Assembly (NCBI GenBank): GCA_964250945.1
Contig: CAXUIB010000001.1
Coordinates: 264 to 64,263, forward strand
Source of the DNA: an uncultured Acidobacteriaceae bacterium
GTDB lineage: Bacteria > Acidobacteriota > Terriglobia > Terriglobales > Acidobacteriaceae
Reading direction: 5' to 3'
Length of the DNA stretch: 64,000 nucleotides
The notes beneath the pieces are model-generated. The model was given only the letters and a program-made list of their open reading frames with translations. It made no database searches and was not told where the DNA came from. Positions 36,753 to 46,333 of this stretch are shown piece by piece (position 1 is the first letter of the stretch; each line of letters begins with the position of its first letter). A program made the translations under genes and the position numbers.

Positions 36753-37425
36753 AAACGACCCGGCAACCGAAAAAGGGGAGCAAACCCGGCGACAGATCTT
36801 CGAAAGCGCTCTCGAACTGTTTCGAGAGAAAGGTTTCGACTCGACCACAATGCAGGAGATCGCAAACCGGGCCAAGGTGGTGAAGAGCGCAGCCTATTAC
36901 TACTTCCCCAGTAAAGAGGAGATCATCCAGGCATATTACGAAACTTTACAAGCCGAGCAAGAGCGCATCTGTAAAGAAGCTTTTGCTAGAAGTAAGGATC
37001 TCAAAATCCGCTTACCCATAACAATGAACGCCAAGTTTGATTTGGTGAGGAACGATCGCAAGTTGCTGGGTGTAGTGTTCCGTTACACCGGCGAACCCGA
37101 TCATCCACTTTCCTGCTTAGGAAAAGGAACCGCCGAGATACGTCGACGAAGTACACAAGTTTTCAGGGACGCCATCGCAGAAGAGAAGTTACCTAAAGAT
37201 CTTCGAGAACTTCTTCCCCTTGCTTTATGGGCTCTCCAGATGGGCCTTTTGGTGATGTTCCTCTACGACTCATCTGAGAACCAGCGCCGCACGCGTCAGA
37301 TGTCTGACGGTGCTCTCGATCTCACGCTCAAACTACTTACTTTAGCTAAGTTACCCGTGCTAAAGCCTGTTCGAACCAGGGTCCTCTCTCTTCTGCGCAA
37401 AGCCGAGCTTTTATCTGAACTCTAA
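36745..37425 (+). CDS. TetR family transcriptional regulator
   Basis: ALELFREKGFDSTTMQEIA..A.V...AAYYYFPSKE HTH. Confidence 0.92.
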   Translation: MVKNDPATEKGEQTRRQIFESALELFREKGFDSTTMQEIANRAKVVKSAAYYYFPSKEEIIQAYYETLQAEQERICKEAFARSKDLKIRLPITMNAKFDLVRNDRKLLGVVFRYTGEPDHPLSCLGKGTAEIRRRSTQVFRDAIAEEKLPKDLRELLPLALWALQMGLLVMFLYDSSENQRRTRQMSDGALDLTLKLLTLAKLPVLKPVRTRVLSLLRKAELLSEL

Positions 37426-37436
37426 AGGGAGGAGCA

Positions 37437-38354
37437 ATGCCCGAGATGGACGAGCAATCGAGAAACATTACTCCTGCGCAGTGGTACGTCGTAGCGCTCA
37501 TCGTGGCCTTTTCCGTCGGATCGGTTCTGTACAAGTACCTAGTTCACCAGCAGCTTGGTCATAGCGCAGCTATGTTTCTCGGCATTCCAGCCGTGCTCGC
37601 AATCTTGCTCGCACTGGCTCCAAAGGCAAGGACGGTAACCGGCGGCATTCTTAAAGGCATTACGCTCGCATTGTTGGTGATGGCTCCTCTCCTCGGGGAA
37701 GGCTTTCTTTGTATTCTGGTGGCATCTCCCCTCTTCTATCTTGTTGGAATCATCGTCGGACTGCTGGTAGATCGGCAGCGAAGCAACAAGCATGTCACGC
37801 TAAGCTGCACGGTTCTGCTTCTGGTGCCGATGTGTCTCGAAGGCATCACGCCAAAACTCACCTTGAGTCGAATCCAGTCCGCCGAAGCTAAAACAGTGAT
37901 CGACTCTCCGTATGATCTGGTAGAAAGCCACCTTGCAAGAAAATTGGATGTATCTACTCTTCCGCCTTTAGCACTCCGTATCGGCTTTTCAAGGCCGCTT
38001 TGGGCGCTTGGTGAAGGTCTATCTGTTGGAGATACAAGATTGATTCATTTTGCAGGCGCAGAGGGAGACCCTCCGGGTGATCTCATCCTGCACATCACGG
38101 AAAGGCGCCCGGGCTATGTTCGCTTCGTCGCCGTCAGCGACACCAGCAAAGTATCGCAATGGGTTCACTGGACAAGTTCAGAAGTGAGCTGGAAATCACT
38201 TGATTCAAACCACACAGAAATTACGTGGCACATCAACTTCGAGCGCCAGCTTGATCCGGCTTGGTACTTCAATCCCTGGGAAAAGGCGGTGGTCAAGGAA
38301 GCCGCAGCGTATCTAATTCAAGCTACTGCGATACCTTCGGGGTCAAATAATTGA
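37437..38354 (+). CDS. Membrane protein with a possible C-terminal SRPBCC-like domain
   Basis: GGGAGG RBS; about 5 TM segments then a soluble domain; overlaps the next gene. Confidence 0.65.
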   Translation: MPEMDEQSRNITPAQWYVVALIVAFSVGSVLYKYLVHQQLGHSAAMFLGIPAVLAILLALAPKARTVTGGILKGITLALLVMAPLLGEGFLCILVASPLFYLVGIIVGLLVDRQRSNKHVTLSCTVLLLVPMCLEGITPKLTLSRIQSAEAKTVIDSPYDLVESHLARKLDVSTLPPLALRIGFSRPLWALGEGLSVGDTRLIHFAGAEGDPPGDLILHITERRPGYVRFVAVSDTSKVSQWVHWTSSEVSWKSLDSNHTEITWHINFERQLDPAWYFNPWEKAVVKEAAAYLIQATAIPSGSNN

Positions 38355-39676
38355 CCCCTGCCGATTGGGAGCGTGCCTCAGCCATTTACTTGCCTTTGGT
38401 CGTTGCCGCCATTGCAAGACTACTGAACGGTTGGAAGCCAAGGCAGTTCGCAGCGTGCCTGCTAAGTACTCTGTGGACGGTCCCCACTCTGCTTGCGCTT
38501 CAAAGAGTGAATACGCGCGCCGTCTGGTGGACCTTTCAGGGAGGATCAGCAGTCTCTCTGCGCGGCATACCGCTAGAACTCTTTATAGGATGGGTTCTTC
38601 TCTGGGGCCTTGTTCCTCAACTAGCGCTGCAGCGGATCGGCATCTTCTGGAGTGCTGTGGTCATGATCGCCGCGGATTGTATCTTCATGCCAACATTCAC
38701 CGCAGCTATAAGCCTCAGTCGCAATTGGCTCATAGGTGAGATAGTAGGCGCGGCTGTGGTGCTCCTACCTGCGCTTTCCATCGGGCAGTGGACCCGTAAC
38801 AAGATAAATCGTGGAAAGCGCGCAGCAATTCAGGTAGTCACGGCGGGACTTCTCTTTCTATTTCTGATTCCGGAAACTATCTTCGCTCTTCGACCCGGCC
38901 TCGGTTGGAGCCCGCTGTTTGACTTACCTGGCTGGGCTCGCCAAATTGAGTTGCAAATCCTTTTCATCTTCGCTCTACCAGGGCTCGGTGCAGTGTTAGA
39001 GTTTGCAGAACGCGGCTTGGGTACTCCGATCCCGTATGACCCACCGGAGCGGCTCGTTACGAGTGGGATCTATCGATACTGTGCAAATCCAATGCAAATG
39101 TCATGTGGACTAGTTATGTTTGGTTGGGCCGGTCTGCTCAGAAGCTGGTGGATGGCCTTGGCGGCCGGCATATCGATCGTCTATAGCGCAGGCATTGCAG
39201 AGTGGGACGAGGCCGAGGACTTGGGCCGTCGCTTCGGTCCGCAATGGAAATGCTACCGGGCATCCGTAGCTAGCTGGCGCATAAGGTGGACACCCCACCA
39301 TGTGGGGCAGCCCGCAATACTTTACATTGCTAGCGAATGTGGTCCGTGTAGCCAAGTAAGATCTTGGCTGGCAGACAGAAACCCTAGGGGATTGCAAATT
39401 GTCGATGCCGAGAGTCTGCCGGCAAACTCTATTCGTCGGATGCGCTACGACCCTCAGGACGGAAGCGCCCCTGTAGAAGGCGTCCGAGCTATGGGGCGCG
39501 CTCTTGAGCACCTGCATTTTGGGTGGACTATCTGCGGTACCGCGCTGCGCCTTCCGATACTCTGGCACATCACTCAATTATTCATGGATGCAAGCGGGTT
39601 AGGGCCGCGGGACATCCGATCGAGCGGTGCCAGCGTCCGAGGTGGGCGGGCTCCTGCCTTGAAACCTCGAAACTGA
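38351..39676 (+). CDS. ICMT/PEMT-family membrane methyltransferase fused to a DCC1-like CxxC domain
   Basis: GTPIPYDPP..LVTSGIYRY..NPM, E..L..RFG..W..Y; C-terminal YIASECGPC...EGVRA. Confidence 0.7.
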   Translation: MTPADWERASAIYLPLVVAAIARLLNGWKPRQFAACLLSTLWTVPTLLALQRVNTRAVWWTFQGGSAVSLRGIPLELFIGWVLLWGLVPQLALQRIGIFWSAVVMIAADCIFMPTFTAAISLSRNWLIGEIVGAAVVLLPALSIGQWTRNKINRGKRAAIQVVTAGLLFLFLIPETIFALRPGLGWSPLFDLPGWARQIELQILFIFALPGLGAVLEFAERGLGTPIPYDPPERLVTSGIYRYCANPMQMSCGLVMFGWAGLLRSWWMALAAGISIVYSAGIAEWDEAEDLGRRFGPQWKCYRASVASWRIRWTPHHVGQPAILYIASECGPCSQVRSWLADRNPRGLQIVDAESLPANSIRRMRYDPQDGSAPVEGVRAMGRALEHLHFGWTICGTALRLPILWHITQLFMDASGLGPRDIRSSGASVRGGRAPALKPRN

Positions 39677-39876
39677 GGTCGAGCCCGCCGCAGCCAGAAA
39701 ACAGTGATACCGCCGACAGTCAGTTGGAGCCCGGGGTCCTGTTGAGTCTCCAAAAAGGAGGATAGTCAATCGAGGCCAGGGAACGTCCTGGCAGCGATCT
39801 GATCCTGCCCGACGACTCTATTCTGAGTCTCCCAAGCTCGCGCGAGTGCGGCGCCTGCTCGGGATAAAATCGGCAT

Positions 39877-41175
39877 GTGCGAACTCCGGTCGTTGCTGCG
39901 AATCTCTTTCTGTTTCCGCTGTTTCTGGCTCTCACCGGATGCGGTAAGCCCACTTTGGATGTGCTCCCAACCGTCGCCACCATCGGGCAGGCAACGCCTC
40001 TCGTTGTCCACGTCCACGATGCTCACGGGGTCAGCCGGCTCACCGCCACCGTGGCACAGAACGGCAGCCAGTACCCGGCCTGGCAGGCTCCCGCCGCCGC
40101 GAAGTCCGTCGACACCACGTTCAAGTTCAACGTGGGCGCCAAGACCACGCCCCAGCTGCGCGATGGACCTGCCCGCCTCATCCTTGAAGCCACCTCCGGA
40201 GGCCTCTTCCACCGCACCGCACGTTGGGAGCGCGAGGTGAACGTGATCACGGAGCCGCCGGTCGTCAGCGCCGACTCCGATCAACACTACCTCTACCTCG
40301 GCATGGCCGATCTGGCCACCATGAACGTCACCGGTCCCTACACAACCGCGGGCGTCCGCGTCGGCAACCAGACCTTCCGTGCCTGGCCGATGCCCGGCGG
40401 CAAGCCCGGCCTCTTCTCCATCTTCGCCTTTGCCTGGAACATGCCGCCCGGCACAACGCCCCTCGTCTTTGCGTCGGACGGCGGCGACGATGTTTCCACG
40501 CCGCTGACCGTCATCTTTCCCAAGCGGGAGCAGCCCGTCTACACCCAGCACCAGATCCAGGTCTCCGACCAGTTCCTGCAGAAGGTCGTAGGAGAGCTTG
40601 ATCCCAACGGCGCCGGCGATCCGGTGGAGCGTTTCGTTAAAATCAACACCGAGATGCGCCAGGCCAACAACAAAACGCTGGCCGACCTGCGCTCGAAGAC
40701 CGCCGATCAGTTCCTCTGGCGCCAGCCCTTTCTGCGTCAGGCGCACTCCCAGGCCGAGGCCACCTTCGCCGACGTGCGCAGCTACATCTATCACGGCAAA
40801 AAGATCGATCAACAGGTCCACCTCGGCTACGATCTCGCCGTCACCCAGCACGTCGGAGTCGAGGCCTCCAATGACGGCCGCGTCGTCTGGGCCGCCCCCC
40901 TCGGCATCTACGGCAACTGCATCGTGGTCGATCACGGGTATGGCCTGCAAACCATCTACGGCCACCTGAGCCGGATCGACGTACACGAGGGCGACATGGT
41001 CAAACGCGGCGGCGTCATGGGCCTGAGCGGTATGACGGGGATGGCCGGCGGCGACCACGTCCACTTCGCCATGCAGCTGGATGGCGTCCAGATCGATCCC
41101 AAAGAGTGGTGGGACGCGCACTGGATCCAGGACCACGTCGCCCGTCGCGTCGATCTGCCCGGCTTCGGCAAGTGA
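39877..41175 (+). CDS. M23 family metallopeptidase lipoprotein
   Basis: Lipobox LTGC, HLGYD, YGN..VVDHG, YGHL, HVHF. Confidence 0.9.
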   Translation: MRTPVVAANLFLFPLFLALTGCGKPTLDVLPTVATIGQATPLVVHVHDAHGVSRLTATVAQNGSQYPAWQAPAAAKSVDTTFKFNVGAKTTPQLRDGPARLILEATSGGLFHRTARWEREVNVITEPPVVSADSDQHYLYLGMADLATMNVTGPYTTAGVRVGNQTFRAWPMPGGKPGLFSIFAFAWNMPPGTTPLVFASDGGDDVSTPLTVIFPKREQPVYTQHQIQVSDQFLQKVVGELDPNGAGDPVERFVKINTEMRQANNKTLADLRSKTADQFLWRQPFLRQAHSQAEATFADVRSYIYHGKKIDQQVHLGYDLAVTQHVGVEASNDGRVVWAAPLGIYGNCIVVDHGYGLQTIYGHLSRIDVHEGDMVKRGGVMGLSGMTGMAGGDHVHFAMQLDGVQIDPKEWWDAHWIQDHVARRVDLPGFGK

Positions 41176-41298
41176 CATGCCGATCGCCGGCCCGCCGATC
41201 CGAAGCGACATGAGGTCCCGGTTGAGCGGCCGCCTTCGGCATCGGCAGCGTCGTCGCGGTCAACCTCGGTCGACAGAGCACCAGCGATTGCGCGCTGC

Positions 41299-41415
41299 TA
41301 AAGCGGATCTCCTGTCCCTGTGAGTCGGATGGAGTGTGGGAGTGCCGTTTTCATTGGGGAAAACGGCCATCAGGCTTGCGGTTTCGCATATACACCTATA
41401 GGTGAAGCGCTTCTA
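41299..41415 (-). mobile_element. MITE-like element, copy D
   Basis: Reverse complement of B/C with two 1-nt insertions; TA at both ends. Confidence 0.75.
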
Positions 41416-41590
41416 CGTTGCATCGAGAGCACGCGTGGATTGCATTCCGGGCAACCAACTCAGCGACTCAATCGGCCTTCTGATCCGTTAGCGTAGTACG
41501 CAAAGGGGTGCGATCTCGATGCACCGATGTGTTTGATCTGGTCCGGATTTGGACGCGGACGAAACCGTAACAGCGCGCGGAGGAAACCGA

Positions 41591-43324
41591 ATGGCAAGCG
41601 TGGCGGAAGTTCTGGTCCAAACACTCGCTCTATCCGGAGTGAAACGTATCTACGGCTTGCCGGGCGACTCCCTCAACGGGGTTACGAATGCACTCAGGAC
41701 CCGTCCGGAGATCGAGTGGATCCATGTTCGGCATGAGGAGGCGGCCGCCTTTGCCGCGGGTGCGGATGCGCACCTGACCAATCGTCTGGCCGTGTGTGCC
41801 GGTAGCTGCGGTCCGGGCAACCTCCACTTCATCAATGGCCTCTACGACTGCCATCGCAGCCGCGTTCCCGTGCTTGCGATCGCGTCGCAGATCCCCAGCC
41901 CAGAGCTATACACCACGTACTTCCAGGAGACGCACCCGGAACTCGTCTTCAAGGATTGCTGCCACTACTGCGGAGTTGTCGCCGAGCCCGAACAGATGCC
42001 GCGTATCCTCGCCATCGCGATGCGCACTGCAATCGCCAACCGAGGCGTCGCGGTCGTCGTTCTGTCGGGCGATATCGCAGCGAAGTCGTGCCCGTCCGCG
42101 GCAGCGCCGCTGGGATTTCTCCAGAACAATTCAAGCCTTTTGCCGCCCGATGACGATCTTGTCTCCGCGGCGTCGATTCTGAACGAGAGCAAGCGGGTGA
42201 CCATCCTTGCCGGCGCGGGTTGCGAGGGTTCGCACGCCGATCTGATGCAGATTGCGGAAGTCCTGCAAGCTCCCATCGTGCACGCGTTTCGCGGCAAGGA
42301 GTTCGTCGAGTACGACAATCCTTACGACGTCGGCATGACCGGACTTCTCGGATTCTCTTCCGGGTATCGCGCGATGATGCACTGCGACGCGCTCTTGGCC
42401 TTGGGCACGGACTTTCCTTATCCGCAGTTCTATCCGGAAAAGGCGAAAAAGATTCAGGTGGACGTGCGCGGCGAGCAGATCGGACGTCGCACCGTGGTCG
42501 ATGTGGGCCTGATTGGAACCGTGAAAGAGACCATCAGGGCGCTTCTGCCCAGGCTCAAAGAGAAGGACGGCGGTCACCTCAAGAACAGCGTGAAGCACTA
42601 CCTCGATGCGCGCAAGGAACTTGACGAGCTCGCCACGGGCAAGCCCGGCACGTCCCCTCTGCACCCGGAGTACGTGGCTCGCATCGTCGATGAGACGGCG
42701 GCCGACGACGCCGTGTTTACCATCGATGTCGGCACGCCTTGCATCTGGTCCGCGCGGTATCTGCGCTTCAATGGAAAGCGTCGACTTCTGGGCTCCTTCT
42801 CGCATGGATCGATGGCCTGTGCCTTGCCGCTTGCGCTGGGTGCGCAGGCTGCGCTTCGCGGTCGGCAGGTGGTTTCGTTCTCCGGCGACGGCGGCCTCGC
42901 GATGGGGATGGGCGATCTCCTGACGGCCGTGCAGAATAATCTGCCGGTCAAGATTGTGTTGTTCAACAACCATGCCCTCGCCTTTGTGGAGCTTGAGATG
43001 ATGGCGGCCGGCATCGTGCCGTTCGGCACCGACCTCAAGAATCCTGATTTCAGCAAGGTAGCCGAGGCGTGCGGTTTATTCGGCGTCCGGGTGAGCAAGC
43101 CGGAAGATCTGAAACCCGCGCTGGAGCAGGCCTTCCAGCATAACGGCCCGGCTCTGGTCGACGTCCTGGTGCATCGTCGGGAGATCTCGATGCCGCCCAC
43201 GATCACAGCGCAGCAAGCCAGTGGATTCGGCCTGTATACGGCCAAGTGCATTCTGAACGGAAAAGGTGACGCGGTCGTCGATGTCGCCAAAACCAACCTG
43301 CTCGATCGCATCTTCGACAGCTAA
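41591..43324 (+). CDS. poxB: Pyruvate dehydrogenase (quinone) / pyruvate oxidase
   Basis: GDSLN, RHEEAAAFAAGA, GSCGPGNLH, YFQETHP, EYDNPYDVGMTGLLG, GSFSHGSMA, SGDGG. Confidence 0.92.
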   Translation: MASVAEVLVQTLALSGVKRIYGLPGDSLNGVTNALRTRPEIEWIHVRHEEAAAFAAGADAHLTNRLAVCAGSCGPGNLHFINGLYDCHRSRVPVLAIASQIPSPELYTTYFQETHPELVFKDCCHYCGVVAEPEQMPRILAIAMRTAIANRGVAVVVLSGDIAAKSCPSAAAPLGFLQNNSSLLPPDDDLVSAASILNESKRVTILAGAGCEGSHADLMQIAEVLQAPIVHAFRGKEFVEYDNPYDVGMTGLLGFSSGYRAMMHCDALLALGTDFPYPQFYPEKAKKIQVDVRGEQIGRRTVVDVGLIGTVKETIRALLPRLKEKDGGHLKNSVKHYLDARKELDELATGKPGTSPLHPEYVARIVDETAADDAVFTIDVGTPCIWSARYLRFNGKRRLLGSFSHGSMACALPLALGAQAALRGRQVVSFSGDGGLAMGMGDLLTAVQNNLPVKIVLFNNHALAFVELEMMAAGIVPFGTDLKNPDFSKVAEACGLFGVRVSKPEDLKPALEQAFQHNGPALVDVLVHRREISMPPTITAQQASGFGLYTAKCILNGKGDAVVDVAKTNLLDRIFDS

Positions 43325-43423
43325 GCCGCGCTCTGCCGGCCCCGCGCGCTCTGCAGAGGGATTTGCGGAAACGCAGGTCTGATTAAGGACACACAGGTCT
43401 GAAAAAAGGAACGAGAGGGATCC

Positions 43424-44173
43424 ATGCGAATCGGCTTGTTCGTCCCGTGCTATATCGAGGCCTTCTACCCGGAGGTCGCCATCGCCACACTGGAGCTGCT
43501 CGAAAGCCTGGGCCATGAGGTGGTCTACCCTCGCGAGCAGACCTGTTGCGGACAGCCCATGGCCAACAGCGGCGATCAGGCCGCGTCGGCAAACACAGAG
43601 ACGCACTTCGCAAAGTGCTTCCGCGACTTCGATCTGGTGGTGGGACCGAGCGCGAGCTGCGTGCACCATATTCGCTTCCATCTTGACGCGTGCGAGCAGA
43701 CCCCCGAAGTCAAGCATGTGCGTGGAGCTGTGCGAGAACTGACGGACTTCCTCCATGACGACCTCAAGGTAGAGCAGTTCCCCAAGGCCGACTTTCCTCA
43801 CAAAGTAGGCGTGCACGACAGCTGCACGGCGATTCGCGGTCTCAAGGAGTCGCGCCCTTCGGAACTGGTGACCGAGCCTTACTTTTCCAAGAGCCGCGAT
43901 CTGTTGGCAAAGGTGAAAGGTCTCGAGATCATCGATGCGCAACGGATCGACGAGTGCTGCGGGTTTGGCGGCAGCTTCTGCGTCACCGACGCGGCGGTCT
44001 CGGCAAAGATGGGCCAGGATCGCACCGCCGACTTCCTCCGTCAGGGCGCCGAGTACATCGCTTCGGCCGACATGAGTTGCCTTTTGCAGATGAAAGGAAT
44101 CATCGACCGTGAAAAGCTGCCCCTCAAAGTCGTGCACTTCGCCCAGATTCTGAATGGAGGTCCCTTCGCATGA
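43424..44173 (+). CDS. lutA: Lactate utilisation protein A (CCG-domain Fe-S)
   Basis: LFVPC, QTCCGQP, SASC, HDSC, CCGFGG.F, DMSCL. Confidence 0.88.
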   Translation: MRIGLFVPCYIEAFYPEVAIATLELLESLGHEVVYPREQTCCGQPMANSGDQAASANTETHFAKCFRDFDLVVGPSASCVHHIRFHLDACEQTPEVKHVRGAVRELTDFLHDDLKVEQFPKADFPHKVGVHDSCTAIRGLKESRPSELVTEPYFSKSRDLLAKVKGLEIIDAQRIDECCGFGGSFCVTDAAVSAKMGQDRTADFLRQGAEYIASADMSCLLQMKGIIDREKLPLKVVHFAQILNGGPFA

Positions 44174-45579
44174 ATCTCTTCCATGTTCTACAGGAAGTGG
44201 GAAACAAGCCGGTCGATCCGGAAGCTGCGGCGGCGCGCTTTATCGATGATCCCAAACACGAAGAAACACATGATCGGCTGGTGTGGGCGATGCGCACCCA
44301 TCGCGATAAAGCCGCAAGCGCCCTTCCCGAGTGGGAGGAGCTGCGCGACATCGCCTCCGGCATCAAGGAACACACGCTTACGCACCTGGACCGGTACCTC
44401 GAAGCGTTTGAGGCCAAGGCCGTCGAGCACGGCGTCCATGTCCACTGGGCCCGCGATGGCGCGGAGCACAACGCAATCGTGCTTCAGATCTTCGAGGAGC
44501 ACAAGGTCAAGCTGGTGATCAAAAGCAAATCCATGCTGCAGGAAGAGTGCGGCATGAACCCGGCCCTCGAAAAGCAGGGTATCGAGGTACGCGAGTCGGA
44601 CCTGGGCGAACGTATTCAGCAGCTCGCGCACGAGCGGCCGAGCCATATTGTCGTCCCAGCCATCCAACAACTGCGCACTGACGTAGCGGATCTGTTTGCC
44701 AAAAACCTGGGGACGGATCGGAACAACTCCGATCCGCACTACCTCGCCGAAGCCATGCGCAACGATGCCCGGCCGCAGTTCCTGAAGGCCGGCGCCGGGA
44801 TGACGGGCGCCAACTATGCCATCGCGGAGACAGGGAGCGTGGTGGTGTGCACCAACGAGGGCAACGCCGATATCGGGGTGACGGTCCCGCCCTTGCAGGT
44901 GTGCAGCATCGGCATCGAGAAGGTCATCCCAAGGACCGCCGACCTTGCCATCTTTCTGCGCATGCTTTCCCGCAGCGCGCTGGGACCGCCGATGACGCAG
45001 TACACCACGCACCTGCAGAGGCCGCGGCCTGGATCGGAGTTGCATTTCATCCTGGTCGACAACAAGCGTTCGGAACGTCTGGGTTCCGCCGATTTTTGGC
45101 ATGTGCTGAAGTGCATTCGTTGCGGAGCCTGCATGAACACCTGCCCGGTGTACCGCCGCAGCGGTGGCTTGGCTTACGGCGCAACCTACTCCGGCCCGAT
45201 CGGCGTCATCCTCGATCCCGGCTTTGATGCGCACAAGTATCGCGAACTTCCGTTCCACTCCTCCCTGTGCGGCAGCTGCTCCGAGGTGTGCCCGGTCAAG
45301 ATCGATATCTCCGACCAGATCTACAAGTGGCGGCGCGTGATTTCGGCAGAAGGTGAGCTCCCCGCCGTAAAGTCCGTCGGCATGAGCGCCATGGGCGAGA
45401 TGTTCTCACACCCGGCGGTGTTCCATGCAGCCGAAGATGCCGGACTCAAGGCGCTTACAGGGCTTCCCGAAGCCGTTGTGGACAATCCTCTGAACCCCTG
45501 GACGAAGCATCGCGAGATGCCGGTTCCACCCAAGCAGACCTTTCGCGAGTGGCACAAAGAGAACCGAGGTGATGCATGA
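44170..45579 (+). CDS. lutB: Lactate utilisation protein B
   Basis: KSKSM, ESDLGE, PSHIV.P, TNEGN, CIRCGACMNTCP, SSLCGSCSEVCP. Confidence 0.9.
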   Translation: MNLFHVLQEVGNKPVDPEAAAARFIDDPKHEETHDRLVWAMRTHRDKAASALPEWEELRDIASGIKEHTLTHLDRYLEAFEAKAVEHGVHVHWARDGAEHNAIVLQIFEEHKVKLVIKSKSMLQEECGMNPALEKQGIEVRESDLGERIQQLAHERPSHIVVPAIQQLRTDVADLFAKNLGTDRNNSDPHYLAEAMRNDARPQFLKAGAGMTGANYAIAETGSVVVCTNEGNADIGVTVPPLQVCSIGIEKVIPRTADLAIFLRMLSRSALGPPMTQYTTHLQRPRPGSELHFILVDNKRSERLGSADFWHVLKCIRCGACMNTCPVYRRSGGLAYGATYSGPIGVILDPGFDAHKYRELPFHSSLCGSCSEVCPVKIDISDQIYKWRRVISAEGELPAVKSVGMSAMGEMFSHPAVFHAAEDAGLKALTGLPEAVVDNPLNPWTKHREMPVPPKQTFREWHKENRGDA

Positions 45580-46262
45580 GCACATCCGCTACCCAGCCGA
45601 GCGCGCGGGATACGATTTTGGGCGCGATCCGTTCGCATCTTCCCCAGCCTCCCGTGCCGCTGCCCGATGCGGCACTGCAGGGCGGAAGGGCGCCTACCGG
45701 CGGAGGCGTCGGCTACACAGGTTCGTTTCCCGATTTGGAGGTGGTGCAGGGCTTTCCCGGTCCCGGAGAATCGCCGGTCCCCTTCTTTCAAAAGCAGCTG
45801 ACCGCCATGGGCGGATGCTCCTATGTGGTGCACGATTTCGCGGCGGCCAAGGCCAAGGCTCTGGCCCTGCATCCGGATGCCAAGGTCCGATGCTCCACCG
45901 TGCCGGGCATCGACGGCACACGCCCTGTCCAGGTCACCGACGACCCGCACAGCTTCGCGGACGTGGACGTGGCCATTCTGCGCAGTCGGCTGGGCGTGGC
46001 GGAAGCGGCCGCCTTGTGGTTCAGCAGCGACGATCTGATTGTGCCTTCGCTAGGCGTCTTGGCCCAGCACCTGATCGTTCTGCTTGACCCAAAACACATC
46101 GTTCCGACCTTGCATGAAGCCTACGGCGGCAAACTCCATCTCCAGGAAATTCCGTATGGCGTGTTCATGGCAGGTCCGTCCGCTACCGGGGATATCGAGG
46201 GCGTGATTATCCACGGCGCGCAAGGGGCGAGAAGCCTCACCGTGTTGTTGCTTGAAAGCTGA
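45576..46262 (+). CDS. lutC: Lactate utilisation protein C (LUD domain)
   Basis: GPSATGDIE...IHGAQG; ATGA-coupled to lutB. Confidence 0.85.
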   Translation: MSTSATQPSARDTILGAIRSHLPQPPVPLPDAALQGGRAPTGGGVGYTGSFPDLEVVQGFPGPGESPVPFFQKQLTAMGGCSYVVHDFAAAKAKALALHPDAKVRCSTVPGIDGTRPVQVTDDPHSFADVDVAILRSRLGVAEAAALWFSSDDLIVPSLGVLAQHLIVLLDPKHIVPTLHEAYGGKLHLQEIPYGVFMAGPSATGDIEGVIIHGAQGARSLTVLLLES

Positions 46263-46333
46263 TCCATGTCTTTCGGAGCAAGGCTGACTTCGCTGCCGGA
46301 TCGGAGAAGGCAACCTGCTTTCAAGCCGCGGGC

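Noticed and set aside
39766-41211. 481-aa minus-strand ORF and other long antisense ORFs (6293-8353, 9894-12308, 23586-25550, 47168-48373)
   Set aside because: GC-rich shadows of well-supported genes, with no recognisable motifs.
2582-41415. Repeats as a CRISPR array
   Set aside because: Dispersed, ~115 bp, both orientations, no spacers and no cas genes.
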